In this document: one piece after another, positions 1 through 12,751 of the stretch
How the letters are laid out: every line of letters begins with the position of its first letter
How positions within the stretch are numbered: position 1 is the first letter of the stretch
DNA from: Eledone cirrhosa
Lineage: Eukaryota
Direction: 5' to 3'
Assembly (NCBI GenBank): GCA_964016885.1
Contig: OZ024744.1
Coordinates: 98,828,001-98,892,000 of the forward strand
Length of the DNA: 64,000 bases
Position numbers and translations under genes: made by a program
The notes under the pieces: generated by a model
The model's input: only the letters and a program-made list of their open reading frames with translations
The model's database searches: none
Told to the model about the DNA's origin: nothing

Positions 1-182
1 GTGGTTGGAGAAAGGTTAGCATGCTTGCACTCGATGTGGTCAGTTTGAGAAAAGCCGCCAAAAAGAGGAAGATGGATTTCAGTTTCCTCTTTTATAATCC
101 CTTGAACGGAAGTTAAAAGGAAGGTACTAGAATTTCAACGGGAAGTAACTCTAGCTACTTCCCTTGTCTAGAGAGCGCTACA
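1..182 (-). repeat. 3' LTR (partial)
   Basis: Direct repeat of 5093-5274; immediately preceded on the minus strand by the polypurine tract GAGAGGGGGAGTCT (183-196). Confidence 0.9.
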
Positions 183-457
183 AGACTCCCCTCTCAGACG
201 AGAAGTCGAATAAACAAATGAAAGTCATTGTAGCGAAAACCCGTAAGAAATGAGGAGCAAAACAAAAGGTACAAGAAAATGAATAAATAAAAAAAACATG
301 AGCAAGCAAATAGCAAAGGAGCACAAACAAGTAAATGTATTTTACAAAGAAAAATGTGAATGTAACAAACTGATAATTCAAAGTTAATATAAGGGAGCAG
401 AGAAAATTAATGCTCAATGGTAAGTTCAAAGTTTTTCAAAGTCAAATAGTTCATACA

Positions 458-1558
458 TCACCAGTGTACAGGCTTTCTGACACTAGTTTTATCTGAAAAC
501 TGAAAAAGAAGTTTGTTAATGCCACTAGGGGTTAGATGTATATTGTTTTTGAAAGTTTTTGTGGCCATTTTACCGTCCTGCCACCTCATGTGACATAAGG
601 TTGTGTGGTATGTGGTGGAGGTGAAGGTGTTGGTGTGGGAGTGAGGTATGTCAGGCAGTATGATGAGAATTTCAGAAAAAGCCTTCTTTGCTCTGTCAAT
701 GGATATTGTCTCTTTTCGTCCATTGACAGCCACTGTAAAATGTTTGGGTGTGTGCGAAAGCACACGAAAAGGTCCATTATAAGGTGACGTAAGAGGTCCC
801 TTGACGGAATCATTCCGTATGAAAATGTGTGTCCACGTAGTAATGTCCGATGGGACAGCAGAAGAAATAGATTGGTCACGAGGGTTCATCGGTGGAAGAT
901 CCGAGAAATACGAACGAATCTTGGTGACATATGATGCTGGGTCAAGATGTGATGAATCCACTGGTGCTAACATTTGTCCAGGAAGAGACAAGGGGGTACC
1001 ATAAAGAAGTTCAGCAGAAGAAAAACCTAAATCTGTCTTAATGGCAGAACGACAACCAAGAAGCACGATTGGCAAAAATTCAGTCCAACGTTGCAGATCA
1101 GGAGTAGCGCGAAGTGCAGCTTTCAACTGTCTATGGAACCTCTCGACCATTCCATTGGAGGCTGGGTGGTAGCTGGTCGTATGAATGTGATGAGCACCCA
1201 AGAGTCGTGATATTTCACAAAATAAGGAAGCTTCAAATTGGCGTCCACGAGCCGTAGTTATTTTAGTAGGAACACCGAAACGAGCAATCCAATTGGAAAT
1301 GAAGGCTCGGGCAACGGACTCTACTGTTATGTCCATGAGGGTTATGGCTTCAGGCTACCGAGAGAAACGATCGATACAAGTCAATATGTATGTGAACCCA
1401 CGACTAACGGGCCATGGACCAACAATATCCATGTGTATATGACGGAAACGTGCGTCTGGCGGGCTGAATTTCCTAAGAGGAGCGCGGACATGCCGATAAA
1501 TCTTAGAGCGCTGACACTTCAAGCAAGAACGTGCACAACTGGTGATTAAATGACACAT
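458..1558 (-). pseudogene. Gypsy integrase, interrupted by a stop
   Basis: Zn motif (HSLSHPG...CLKC), HIHMDIVGP, IDRFSR, YHPASNGMVERFHRQLK and a GPY/F-like YNGPF; split over ORFs 1355-1558 and 458-1336. Confidence 0.92.
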
Positions 1559-1573
1559 ATTAGACCAGAGGAA

Positions 1574-2996
1574 TCAAGCCGTAATAAGCTTCACCATGGC
1601 AGCTATGCCAGGATGCGACAAGGAATGAAGTGCATCAAAAACGGTACGCTGATGATAATCCGGAACAAGGGGTTTGGGTGAACCAGTAGAAATATCACAA
1701 AGAATTTTTCCTTCAGCAGATGGAAGAAGTAAATAATCAAACTTACAGCAGGAAAGTTGGGTAGAAGAAATGTCCAACGAATCCAAAATAGGTTGGTCAG
1801 TTGCTATGGCAACTAAATCGATATGTGCAGGAGACGCAAGAGAACACACAGAAAGTCGAGATAGTGCATCCGCAGGTATGGTGGCAGTTCCAGCTATATG
1901 ACGAATGTCACTGGTATACTGGGAGATGAGATCCAGATGCCTATACGCTCTCGGAGAGTTCCTGTCGGATTTGGTGTGAAGAGCGAATGTGAGTGGTTTA
2001 TGGTCTGTGAATACCCTGAACTCCCGACCCTCAAGAAGATGGTGGAAGTGTCTCACAGCAAGATAAATCGCTAGAAGCTCTCTGTCAAAAGTACTGTATC
2101 GTTTCTCTGCTGGATTTAGTTGGCGTGAGAAAAATGCCAGTGGTTGAACTTGGTGATCGATCGCATCTTGCAAAACTGCACCAACAGCATGATCGGATGC
2201 ATCAACAGATAAGGAAAGTCTCGCGTTTGCAACAGGAGGGGCAAGGAAGGAAACTTCAGCTAGTTCAGACTTGACGGATTCAAAAGACTGCAATGCATCG
2301 GCAGAAAGTGAAATAGGAGCATCTTTCTTTTTTGTAGCCCTTAAAAACTGTGTCAAGGGGAACAACTTGTCCGCACAGTTAGGAATGAAACGACGATAAA
2401 AGTTAATTAATCCCAAGAAATGGCGTAATTGTTTCAAGGATGGTGGGTGGTGCTAATTGCTGAATCGCCTCTACTTTAGCTGGCAAAGGACGAATGCCTT
2501 CTGAATCTATAAGATGTCCAAGGAATTCCAGTGAATCTGTACCAAACACACATTTAGCTGGGTTGATTCTGACTTGGTACGATTGGAGACGTTGAAATAA
2601 CTGAGGTAGATGTTGATGATGGTGCTCAGCTGAATCACTGGCTATCAGGAGATCATCAACATAAGCAAACACGAAATCCAATCCACGCTTGACCTCATCG
2701 ATAAAACGTTGGAACGTACTAGAGGCATTCCGCAAACCAAAAGGCATGGACAGAAATTCAAACGAACCAAAAGGGGTGGTCACAGCTGTTTTTAGTATGT
2801 CTTCTGGATGCATGGGTATTTGATGGTAAGCGCGTACCAGATCTATTTTAGAAAATATCTTGCATCCATGCAGAACAGATGAAAAATCCTCTAAATTTGG
2901 TAAAGGATAACGATCAGGTGTAGTGATGGCATTAAGTCGTCTATAATCTCCCACAGGTCTAAAATCCGCCTCACCCTTACGAGCGGAGATGCCCAT
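1574..2996 (-). pseudogene. Gypsy reverse transcriptase and RNase H, frameshifted near 2430
   Basis: [60 protein letters not shown] and FTDHKPL. Confidence 0.95.
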
Positions 2997-3299
2997 GGGC
3001 TGGTTGATGGTTGTATAAGACCAAGCTGAAGCATGTGTTTGAACTCATCCTTGGCTTTCTTTAGTCAAGCTATGTGGACGAGAGAAAACAGGCGGAGCAG
3101 TTGTTGTAATAAAATGTCGAGTCGAGTGGACTACTTGATTCAGTTTAAATGAAATGTCAGTTAACTCAGGAAACGAGGCAAGAAGTGAATGAAACTGGTT
3201 TCCAGAAGCAGCTATAAAACACGTGGGACTTATGACAGTAGCGGTAGAACCATGAGCAGGCGTAGATAAGGATGTGGTACCATCCACAAGTTTCTGTCT

Positions 3300-4362
3300 C
3301 CTGACATCTACTAACAGTGAATAGTGGTGTAAAAAATCAGCACCGAGAATAGGATGAGGTAGGTCCGCTATGACGAAAATCCATTTGAAATCTCAATGCA
3401 AAGCTAGGTCCAATGATAAAGATATTTGTCCATAAGTTTTTATAGGAGACTGGTTTACTGCATACAAGGAAATACCGGAAAAATTTGGCTTGGTAGAGCT
3501 GAACCGAAGGGGCTAAATACTGCAGCTAGATCCTGTGTAGACCATAAATGATCTGTTTGAAGCTCGATCTCTGATAAAGAAAGCACGATAAGGAGAATTA
3601 ATGAGGGAGAGGTCTGCTGTGCCCAGACTCTCCAATTTTAGTTTTCCGAGGTCTCGAAAGAGCAGGGCTGAATACAATGTTTCACCTTTTCATGAAAATG
3701 CACGTGATACCAACACAAAGACGAGTTGTTGGCGGGGAGGTTGGTGCAACAATGAAGAGAAGGAGACCAATTCCGTGAACGCCACCTGGATGGTGTTCGC
3801 TCCCGACACAGTTTAGCCACTTGGCGAGTTAACGCGTCAATGGCTCTAAGCATAGAGTCCTCACGAGGTGAAACAGGCTGTGCTTCAAAAGTAGAAGAAG
3901 CAATGAGTGGATCTCCCGAGGCTGAAATTTGTTCCAGAGAACTGGTGTCGACATATTTGCCAATATGGTCTGCACATTTGTTGGCAAACGGGAGAAAAAT
4001 AACTGTTTCACGAAAGAGCTGTCCTCTGCTGTTGAGTCGCTCAGTTCCCGGATGCGCCATAAAAACTGAGACGGGGTTCTATCTCCCATGTTTTCCTCCT
4101 CCAACAAATAACGAAATCTGCTCTCAGTGTTCCGTCTGAGCACTTCTGCCTTTAGGGTTTCGTAAGATGTGCCTTGTGGGGGATCTGTGATTATGTCTTT
4201 CACTGAGGTTGCCAGCGATGCAGGAATTCCATTTATGAGCATGTGTAATCTTTGTTGTGCCGCTTGAACACCGTGGGCAGCAAAATACGAGTCCAGTTGT
4301 GCAAACCACAACTTTGCATCACCAAAATATGTCAGTAACGAAGAATTGCTCATGATGAACAC
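3300..4362 (-). pseudogene. Gypsy gag and degenerate aspartic protease
   Basis: LWFAQLDSYF, MGDRTPSQFL and LCWYH are typical gag motifs; the protease site has decayed to FMVYTGS near 3530; several frameshifts. Confidence 0.8.
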
Positions 4363-4823
4363 AGTAGCCGCTGAGCAAAATTTTTTTCCAACTGCCGCAT
4401 ATGTGGTTTAACTTTCATGAACCCGCCAACAACAACATATTTGAAAGATAAAAAATTAGCTGTATTTTCAAAATTATAGGCACACGTGGTAGTACCATGA
4501 ATAGCTGAAGTAAAATGTAGCACCGAGCAAGTAAGATGGCGACTTCAAAACGAAAGCTTGGTTGAATCGACGACACAAGGGACAAAAGTTTTGTTTCTAT
4601 TTTTTTGTTTGCCCCACACGAACTGACTGAAATAAAACGAATTTCCTGGAGTCGTGAATAATTTTTTTTCTCTGTGTAGTTGTCGGGTTTACCATTTTAG
4701 TGGAGTTGTTTAGCAATATTTGTGAAGCAATAAGTTGTAATAGTGTATGAAAATATTTGTCACTACTTTTATACGCTGTTGAATAAATGAATTTGTTTTG
4801 CTGCGTATTCGGAGGTCACCATT

Positions 4824-5274
4824 TTTAGTGAGCTGGTCTCAGGGTTACTTACTCCAGTAAGTACCACCGAAGCCCAACTACTAAATTTAATAGAAATATG
4901 AGATAGGAGAATTTTCATACAATATCATGCCGTGTGAGAATTATCTCTCACTACAGGAAGTAATGACTGAAAGCGTAACAAATTTCTCAAAACAAGTATC
5001 AAAGATAACTTGCATTTATTGTAGTCCATGTTACAAACGTGGTAAACAAATATCCTCGTGGCATAACAAGATATAATCCTGAACCATGAGATGTGGTTGG
5101 AAAAAGGTTAGCGTGCTTGCGCTTGATGTGATCAGTTTGAGAAAAGCCGCCAAAAAGAGGAAGATGGATTTCAGTTTCCTCTTTTATAATCCCTTGAACG
5201 GAAGTTAAAAGGAAGGTACTAGAATTTCAATGGGAAGTAACTCTAGCTACTTCCCTTGTCTAGACAGCGCTACA
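4824..5274 (-). repeat. 5' LTR; inner boundary approximate
   Basis: Outer end is TGTAGCG at 5274. Inner end is CACTAAA (probably decayed CACTACA) followed by the PBS-like TGGTGACCTCCGA at 4821-4809. AATAAA on the minus strand near 5015. Confidence 0.75.
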
Positions 5275-6570
5275 GTACCACAGACGCTCTTTTCCTTGTA
5301 CGACAACTATAAGAGAAGTACCTAGCTAAAAGTAAACCCCTCTACTTAGCTTTTGTAGACCTGGAGAAAGCCTTTGACAAAGTCCCCTGCTCCATTATCT
5401 GGTGGGCTCTTAGAAAACTAGGTGTAGATGAATGGCTTGTGAGAGCTATACAAGCTATGTAGAAAGAAACAGTCAGTAAGGTTAGAATTAACAATGAATA
5501 TTGTGAAGAATTTAGTAGAAAAGTTGGTGTTCATCAAGGCTCCGTCCTTAGCCCCCTCGTATTTATTATTGCCCTTCAGGCTATAACAGAGTTCAAGACC
5601 GGCTGCCCATGGGAACTCCTATACGCAGATGATCTAACGCTCTTAGCTGAATCAATGGCTGAACTAGAGAAGAAATTCCAAACATGGAAGCATGGCCTAG
5701 AATCAAAAGGCCTTAAAGTTAACTTGTCTAAGACTAAAGTTCTAGTTTGTAGAAAGGAAAATAGGGCACAGGTGCCCTCAGGGAAATGGCCATGCTCAGT
5801 GTGTAGGAAAGGAGTAGGCAGAAATACCATTTTATGTCCCAAATGCAAACTATGGGTACATAAAAGATGTAGTGGGATCACAGGTAAACTATCTAAGAAC
5901 GTAGACTTTATATGTGACCGATGCTCAGGTGCAATAAGTAGCAAGTGCCCACAGGATACTAGCTCCTATTTCCCAGATGGTTCTATAGAAATAGTGGGCA
6001 CTTTCCGTTACCTGGGTGATGAAATCAGCAGTGGTGGAGGATGCTCTGAAAGTACAGTAGCCAGAGTCAGAATAGGATGGAAAAAGTTCAGAGAGCTTAT
6101 ACCGCTGTTGGCCACAAAAGGTTTCTCTCTAAAAATGAAAGGCAGATTGTATGATGCCTGTATATGAACAACAATGATACATGGGCATTGAGACATGGGC
6201 AGGGAGTCATGGGCATTACGTGCAGAGGACCTGCGCAGACTGGAAAGGAACGAAGCATGCATACTCCGTTGGATGTGTAATAGTAATATATGCGAACGGC
6301 AAAGCATAAATGAACTAAGTGTGAAATTCTGAATAAGAGGGATCAGATGTTGTTTACTCGAGAGAAGACTACGTTGGTATGGTCACGTGATGCGTATGAA
6401 AGACGACAGCTGTATAAAAAAGTACAGGGCGATCAAAATTGATGGTAGTTACGGAGTAGGTTGACCCAGATAAACCTGGGACGATCTAATAAATTCCAAC
6501 CTTACACACTTACATCTCTCTAAGACAATGTCACTGGACCGAGATCTTTGGCGCTACGCAGTAATACAGA
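5275..6570 (+). mobile_element. RTE-clade LINE, RT and 3' part, with a PHD-like Zn finger; interrupted by the Gypsy element
   Basis: TTDALFLVRQL, FVDLEKAFD, GVHQGSVLSP, LLYADDL, CSVC...CPKC...VHKRC...CDRC, FRYLG, RLRWYGHV; contains in-frame stops. Confidence 0.92.
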
Positions 6571-6759
6571 AGACCCGCCTTGCCTATGTACAAAGCGAAA
6601 CCTACAGTCAGTAGGCACCTCTTAACCAAATATACACCGCAATCCACTACCCCTACCCTATCCTCCCACTCCCACCAACACCACCCTCTCTCTGTAAAGT
6701 TGGTACCACAACATCCAGTCCAAATAAATGACATAAATGAGATCGAGATCGTGTAGGTG

Positions 6760-7002
6760 TCACGACAAAAAAAAACACACAGTCCACGCTGTAATGTGGC
6801 CGTGCAGGTAACACAGTAAAAAGTTCCCAGTTCCACACTGTAAATGTGGTTGGTGTTAGGAAGGGCATCCAGCCGTAGAAAACCTGCCAGATAGTCCTAT
6901 GTGAGCGAGACAACCTTGCCTCAAATTGGGACAACTCCCGTCTAACTCATGCTAGCATGGAAGATGGATGTTAAACGAAGATGATGATGATGAAATGATG
7001 AT
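6760..7002 (+). mobile_element. SINE/LINE 3' tail with (GAT)n end
   Basis: GGTGTTAGGAAGGGCATCCAGC...CATGCTAGCATGGAAGATGGATGTTAAACG(GAT)n, which recurs many times in the window. Confidence 0.7.
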
Positions 7003-7138
7003 ATATATATATATATATATGAGAAATGGAAGAGAGAGGAGGGAGGGAGAAATGGAAGAGAGAGGAGGGAGGGAGGGAGAGATAGAGCAGGGGGAGTAGT
7101 TGTTAAAATTTATGTTCTGTTTTCTTTTGATAACTTAC

Positions 7139-7206
7139 CCTGACTTTATTTGGTTCCTGACTTGAATAATTCTGCCGAGATATACAGAAAGTGGCTCCTT
7201 TAAGTC
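7139..7206 (-). CDS. Putative exon 2 of a mitochondrion-targeted protein: (G)LKGATFCISRQNYSSQEPNKVR
   Basis: T-rich acceptor ending TAG, perfect GTAAGT donor, phase-1 start compatible with exon 17896-17947; RQNYSS resembles an MPP cleavage motif. Confidence 0.6.
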
Positions 7207-7277
7207 CTATTAGAATATAACAATAAAAAAATTAAGATAAAATATCAGAGGAAACCCAAATTTGTTCAAAGGATTCA

Positions 7278-7768
7278 ATGTATATGTGTGTGTGTATGTA
7301 TATATGTGTGTATGTGCACATATATATATGTATAGAGGTACGTATGTATGTGTGTGTATGTACGCATGTATGTATGTGTGCATGTAGGCACGTATGTATG
7401 CATGCATGCATGTGTGTATGTAAGTGTTTATATGTTTGTATGTGTATGTATATATGTATGCATGGCATGTATGTACATATGAATGTATGTACGTATGTAC
7501 GTATGTACATACATATGTACATACATACATACATATGTACATACATACATACATATGTACATACATACATACATTCATATGTACATACATACATACATTC
7601 ATATGTACATACGTACGTACATATGTACATACATACATACATATGTACGTATGTACATATGTATGTATGTACGTATGTATGTATGTACATATGTATGTAT
7701 GTACGTATGTATGGCATGCATGTACATATGAATGTATGTATGTGTGAGTGTGTGTGTATGTATGTATG
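7278..7768. repeat. (TATG/TACA)n compound microsatellite
   Basis: Directly visible; accounts for the Y/V/C/M-rich ORFs in the track. Confidence 0.9.
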
Positions 7769-8830
7769 CTACTCGTTTAGCATACGGGTAGGACCGTTCA
7801 CCGCGATCGCTAGGGGACTCAGTCCGCTGCTGTTTGAAGGTGCCGTTGTCGTCGGCGATCGCGTCGGTGGGAGTCTCTCGTTTCGACGGCTCGACCGCCT
7901 CACCGGCGTTACGATTCGCGGGGTGCCAGCATCGGACGAACTTCCCCTTCGATCCGTCGTCGCAACCCATTCCCGTCAAGCTGGGTGGCGCGCGGATGCC
8001 CGCAGATCGCAGAGCGGCGTCCCGCCGAGAAAGCGACCCTCCGCATGTGTCAAGTCACCAGTTGGTGCTACTGGTAACATGTATCCCAGTACAACCTGTC
8101 CCATGGTCGGGTCGTTGGCGACTAAACTGGCAACCCCACCAAGGTTTCTTGGTGAGGAGGGTGACTTTGGACATCCTGCAGGACTAAAGACAAAACCTGT
8201 CAAAGGGCAAGGGAGCTCTTAAGAGTCAATGGCCATCCAAAATCACCGGGAGAGATGACCCCTTAGCCTTTGTCAAGGCAGAATTCTAGGAGAAGGAAAA
8301 CTCTGATATAACACCTGCAACCCTGATAGTATCCAATGATGTTGACTTGTTCTTCTTTTTTGTAAATATCATCTTGGTTAAGAGAGTGGGACTGGCTTTG
8401 TGCAGTGCCTTTGCTCACTATAAAAGCTTCACGGTACAGGCATTGCTTTATATCTGGAGAACTCTCTGCACTTGTCGTCACATGGTACCATGGGCCTAGC
8501 ACTATGTGTCAATAATTGTCACAAGTGTAGTATTTGTACCAGAGTTGTCAAGTCGCTGGCTGGACTAAAAAGTCACTTGTTCAGCGCATCGGTAGGGGTT
8601 CCCCTACATGGATATAAAGTAGTGGCCGTACTCGAAAACGAGTTGGCAGCCACCATGTATGTATGTATATAGACATGTATGTATAGACATGTATTTATGT
8701 ACATATACATGTATGTGTGTATTTATGTACATATACATGTATGTATGTATGTATGTACATATACATGTATGTATGTATGTACATATACATGTATGTATAT
8801 ATGTATATAGACATGTATGTATGTATTTAT
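7769..8830 (+). mobile_element. Internally deleted RTE-like element: CpG-rich 5' region, filler, C2H2 3' end and (TATG)n tail
   Basis: GC/CpG-rich 7770-8250; HKCSICTRVVKSLAGLKSHL at about 8520-8580; TATG repeats on both sides. Confidence 0.6.
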
Positions 8831-9123
8831 ATAGACATGTATGTATGTGCATTGAAACATGTCTTTTCATACACAAATTCATATTCTTTCTACAAATATA
8901 ATGTCACAATAATATTTTAATATGGAAAACAGATTTAATTTGTCTTAATTACAACTTTGCTCTGTGTTACAAGTATCAATTATATTTGTTTACGTTCTGC
9001 ACAACTGCAAAGCTTTCTCAGCCTTTTCATACAGTCTATACTTAGTTTTAAAAACTTCTTCTTCAATGAAGGTTTTAAACATAACTGTGTTCAGTATTAT
9101 GAGATTTGTTTTTAAATCAAAGA

Positions 9124-9725
9124 TCACCATCACCATCATCACCCTCATATTCATTATCACCATCGCCATCACCTCCATCATCATCACCGCCACCCTCAAC
9201 ATACTCATCATCATCGCTACCATCACCATTGCTATCATCATCATCATCATCATCACCTCCATCATCATCACCGCCACCCTCACCATACTCATCATCATCG
9301 CTACCATCACCATTGCTATCATCATCATCACCGCCACCATCACCATACTCATCATCATCGCTACCATCACCATTGCTATCATCATCATCATCATCATCAC
9401 CGCCACCATCACCATACTCATCATCATCGCTACCATCACCATTGCTATCATCATCATCACCTCCATCATCATCACCGCCACCATCACCATACTCATCATC
9501 ATCGCTACCATCACCATTGCTATCATCATCATCATCATCATCACCGCCACCATCACCATACTCATCATCATCGCTACCATCACCATTGCTATCATCATTG
9601 CCACCCATCACACCCACCATCACCACCCGACACCCCCGTCACCACAATCACTATCACCACCACCATCATCATTACTACCATCATCACCATCACCACCACC
9701 ACCATCACCTTCATTACCACCACCA
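9124..9725. repeat. (CAT/CAC)n triplet repeat with a higher-order unit
   Basis: Recurring CACCATACTCATCATCATCGCTACCATCACCATTGCTATC block. Confidence 0.9.
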
Positions 9726-9984
9726 ATTCTCTCACCTCTTTCTGTTCAAACCAGCTATAACCGACAACTCATACTGATGTTAAGGTATTGTCCTCAAAAT
9801 AAATAATATCAAAATCTCATAGATTCTATATTATGTGAGATAATTATGTGACGTAAAGCTTTTACCATGAAAATACAATAGTAAATATGGAGTAATGTAA
9901 ATGCTAAAAGGTTAATCAAAAGGGGTATTAGATCAATTTCCTAGCCTGCTGCGACTTACTAGCTCTATATAGACGTTTAAATTG

Positions 9985-10080
9985 ATTAAATAAATAAATA
10001 ATTAAATAATTAAATAATTAAATAAATAAATAAATAAATAATTAATTAAATAATAAATAAATAAATAATTAATTAAATAA

Positions 10081-10113
<33 letters not shown>

Positions 10114-10394
10114 AAATAATAAATAAATAAATAAATAAATAAAATAAATAATTAATTAAATAAATAATAAAATAAATAATAAATAAATAAATAAATAATT
10201 AATTAAATAAATAATTAAATAATAAATAAATAAATAAATAAATAATTAAATAAATAAATAATAAATTAAATAATAAATAAATAAATAAATAATTAATTAA
10301 TTAAATAAATAAATAAAATAAATAATTAATTAAATAAATAAATAATAAATAAATAAATAATTAAATAAATAATTAAATAATAAATAAATAAGCA

Positions 10395-10457
<63 letters not shown>

Positions 10458-10482
10458 AAATAAATAAATAATTAAATAAATA
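9985..10482. repeat. (AAAT/TAAT)n microsatellite
   Basis: Directly visible. Confidence 0.95.
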
Positions 10483-10724
10483 AGTTAGTTTTGGATTTGA
10501 AATGTAAAATAATTTGAATGTTTTTCAAAGTGTTGTGGCAGGAGAAGATATCTCACAGGAAACAGGTTAGAATAATACAGGTAAAGGTTGTGGTTAAACA
10601 GTTCTACCTTTTGATGTCAACATATCTACCTTCGATATCTACACTGGTCAGTCTATAATTGTTCAATTTGACCAATACGATCTAAGAATATGGTCAAACA
10701 AAGACCATGCCAACATCTCGAATC

Positions 10725-11385
10725 CGAAGGAACCAATGACTTCACCAACATCTTGAGACTGAAGGGACAACCTCACCAATATCTAGGGACAATTGACCAC
10801 AGCAAGGACTGAAGGGACAACTGGCCTCACCAGAGACTGAATGACCACTGACCTCACAAGGGTCTGTAGGGACCACTGACATCACCAGAGACTGAAAGGA
10901 CAAATGATCTCACCAGGGACTGAAAGGACATCTGACCACACCAGGGACTGAAGGGACAACTGACCACACCAGGGACAACTGACCTCACCAGAGACTGAAA
11001 GGACAACTGACCTCACGAGGGACTGAATGGTCAACTGACCTCACCAGGGACTGAAAGGTCAACTGACCACACCAGGGACTGAAGGGACAACTGACCACAC
11101 CAGAGACAACTGACCTCACCAGAGACTGAAAGGACAACTGACCTCACGAGGGACTGAAAGGACAACTGACCTCACCAGGGACTGAAAGGTCAACTGACCT
11201 TACCAGAGACTGAAAGGACAACTGACCTCACCAGGGACTGAAAGGTCAACTGACCTTACCAGGGACAACTGACTTCACCAGAGACTGAAGGGACCACTGA
11301 CCTCAACAACATCTTGAGACTAAAGGGACAACTGACCTCACCAGAGACTGAAGGAAGGGACAACTGACCTCACCAACATCTACAA
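10725..11385. repeat. About 28-bp minisatellite GGGACTGAAAGGACAACTGACCTCACCA
   Basis: Around 20 diverged tandem copies, some shortened. Confidence 0.9.
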
Positions 11386-11515
11386 CTACTCATATCAACA
11401 TTTATCAAATTAATTCCCTCAATCTGGAAGATGGGTGAAATTATAATTAGGTCCATTTACTTTTCAGATGTGTTCCCACAAATTTAGAAAATTCAGAGTG
11501 TTTCTGAATTTGCAT

Positions 11516-12314
11516 TAGCCCTTTAGCATTTAAACCCGCTGTATCCGTCCAGAATACTCTCACCTCTTTCTGTTCAAACTGGCTGTAAATGGCCACTTAT
11601 ACTGATGTTAAGGTATTGTTCTCAAAAGAAATAATATCAAAATCTCATAGATTTGATATTTTTTTTTTTACGATTGACTTTCGTCAAATCGGACCGAGGA
11701 AACAATCTTTCCATTGGTTTTTTCCAATTACTGATACTATCTATTGGTCGCAAATCCAGGCAGAAGGAGTAACGTTAAATAAAGTGTCTTGCTCAAGGAC
11801 ATAATGCAATACCCGGTCCGGGAATTGAACTCACAACCTCACGATTGTGAATCCAATTCTCTAACCACTCAGCCACATGCCTTCACTTTGATATCATGTG
11901 AGGTAATTATGTGAGATAAAGCCTTTACTGTGAAAATACAATAGAAAATATAGAGTAATTTCATTCATTTCATTTTACGTCCATTTTTACCTGCTTGCAA
12001 GGGTGGGACAGGAACTGATTCTGGCTTGATTTCTACAGCTGGATGCCCTTCCTAACACCAACCTCATTTACAGTGAGTGCTGGATGCTTTTTTCCGTGGC
12101 ACCTCCACGTCCACTTTACAGTGGAATGATATGGACCCCAGTCCCTATCATCTCATTTCTACAGCTGAGTAAACTGGAGCAATGTGAAATAAAGTGTCTT
12201 GCTCAAGGAAACAACACATTACCCGGTCTGAGAATTGAACTCACAACCTTTCGATTGCAAGGCCAATGCTCTAACCACTAAGCCATGTGCCTCCATATAA
12301 ATGCTAAAGAGTTA
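11516..12314. mobile_element. piggyBac-like MITE split by two minus-strand SINEs (about 11670-11887 and 11962-12295)
   Basis: CCCTTTAGCATTTA...TAAATGCTAAAGAG-TTAA ends; the MITE sequence resumes between and after the SINEs. Confidence 0.75.
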
Positions 12315-12751
12315 ATGCAAAAACTGAAAAAAATCTATATTAACAGCCGAGTTGTAAGACACTTAAATGATATCTAGACATCAAAAAACCTGTTAGAATG
12401 GAAATACAAAATTAGCCTCAGGAAAGATATTGTATAATTTTGACAACTGAACATATAGCAGACTACATTTTGCTAATGCAGGTTAGAGTTTTGATAAACA
12501 CTCCAGCATTCTCAATACAGTGTGTATGGAAGACATTTTGCTTTCACCCTTATCTCACCACGGCCCATTCCATTAAAACAAACAGCAACAACTTCCATTT
12601 CTGTTCCATTGCCATGAAAATTACACACGAAAGATGGCGACAGTATCCTAAATCTGTTGTGTATGTATGTGCAACTGTCAGTGCCTAATCACCTTTATAT
12701 GAATTACAGTAATATGTAGTGTATTCCTCAACTCTGTCTTAGAATTATTGT

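Larger units (their letters stand above)
1..5274 (-). mobile_element. Ty3/Gypsy LTR retrotransposon, decayed; 3' LTR runs off the window start
   Basis: 1-182 matches 5093-5274 with about 7 mismatches. The LTR starts TGTAGCG on the minus strand. A PPT precedes the left LTR, tRNA-Trp-like PBS motifs are present, and the domain order is gag-PR-RT-RNaseH-IN. Confidence 0.95.

Noticed and set aside
8090-8230. Twister or HDV-like ribozyme in the RTE 5' region
   Set aside because: GAGGAGGG and hairpins are suggestive, but I could not assemble the required pseudoknots by eye.
8994-9084. Possible extra exon (MFKTFIEEEVFKTKYRLYEKAEKALQLCR)
   Set aside because: AG/GT flanks exist but there is no polypyrimidine tract, and inclusion would shift the frame of exon 7139-7206 into a stop.
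8964-9806. Ile/Thr-, Ser/Pro- and Asp/Gly-rich ORFs
   Set aside because: These are translations of the CAT/CAC repeat.
12420-12690. Possible minus-strand exon (GYCRHLS...)
   Set aside because: Weak splice sites and an early stop; no recognisable homology.
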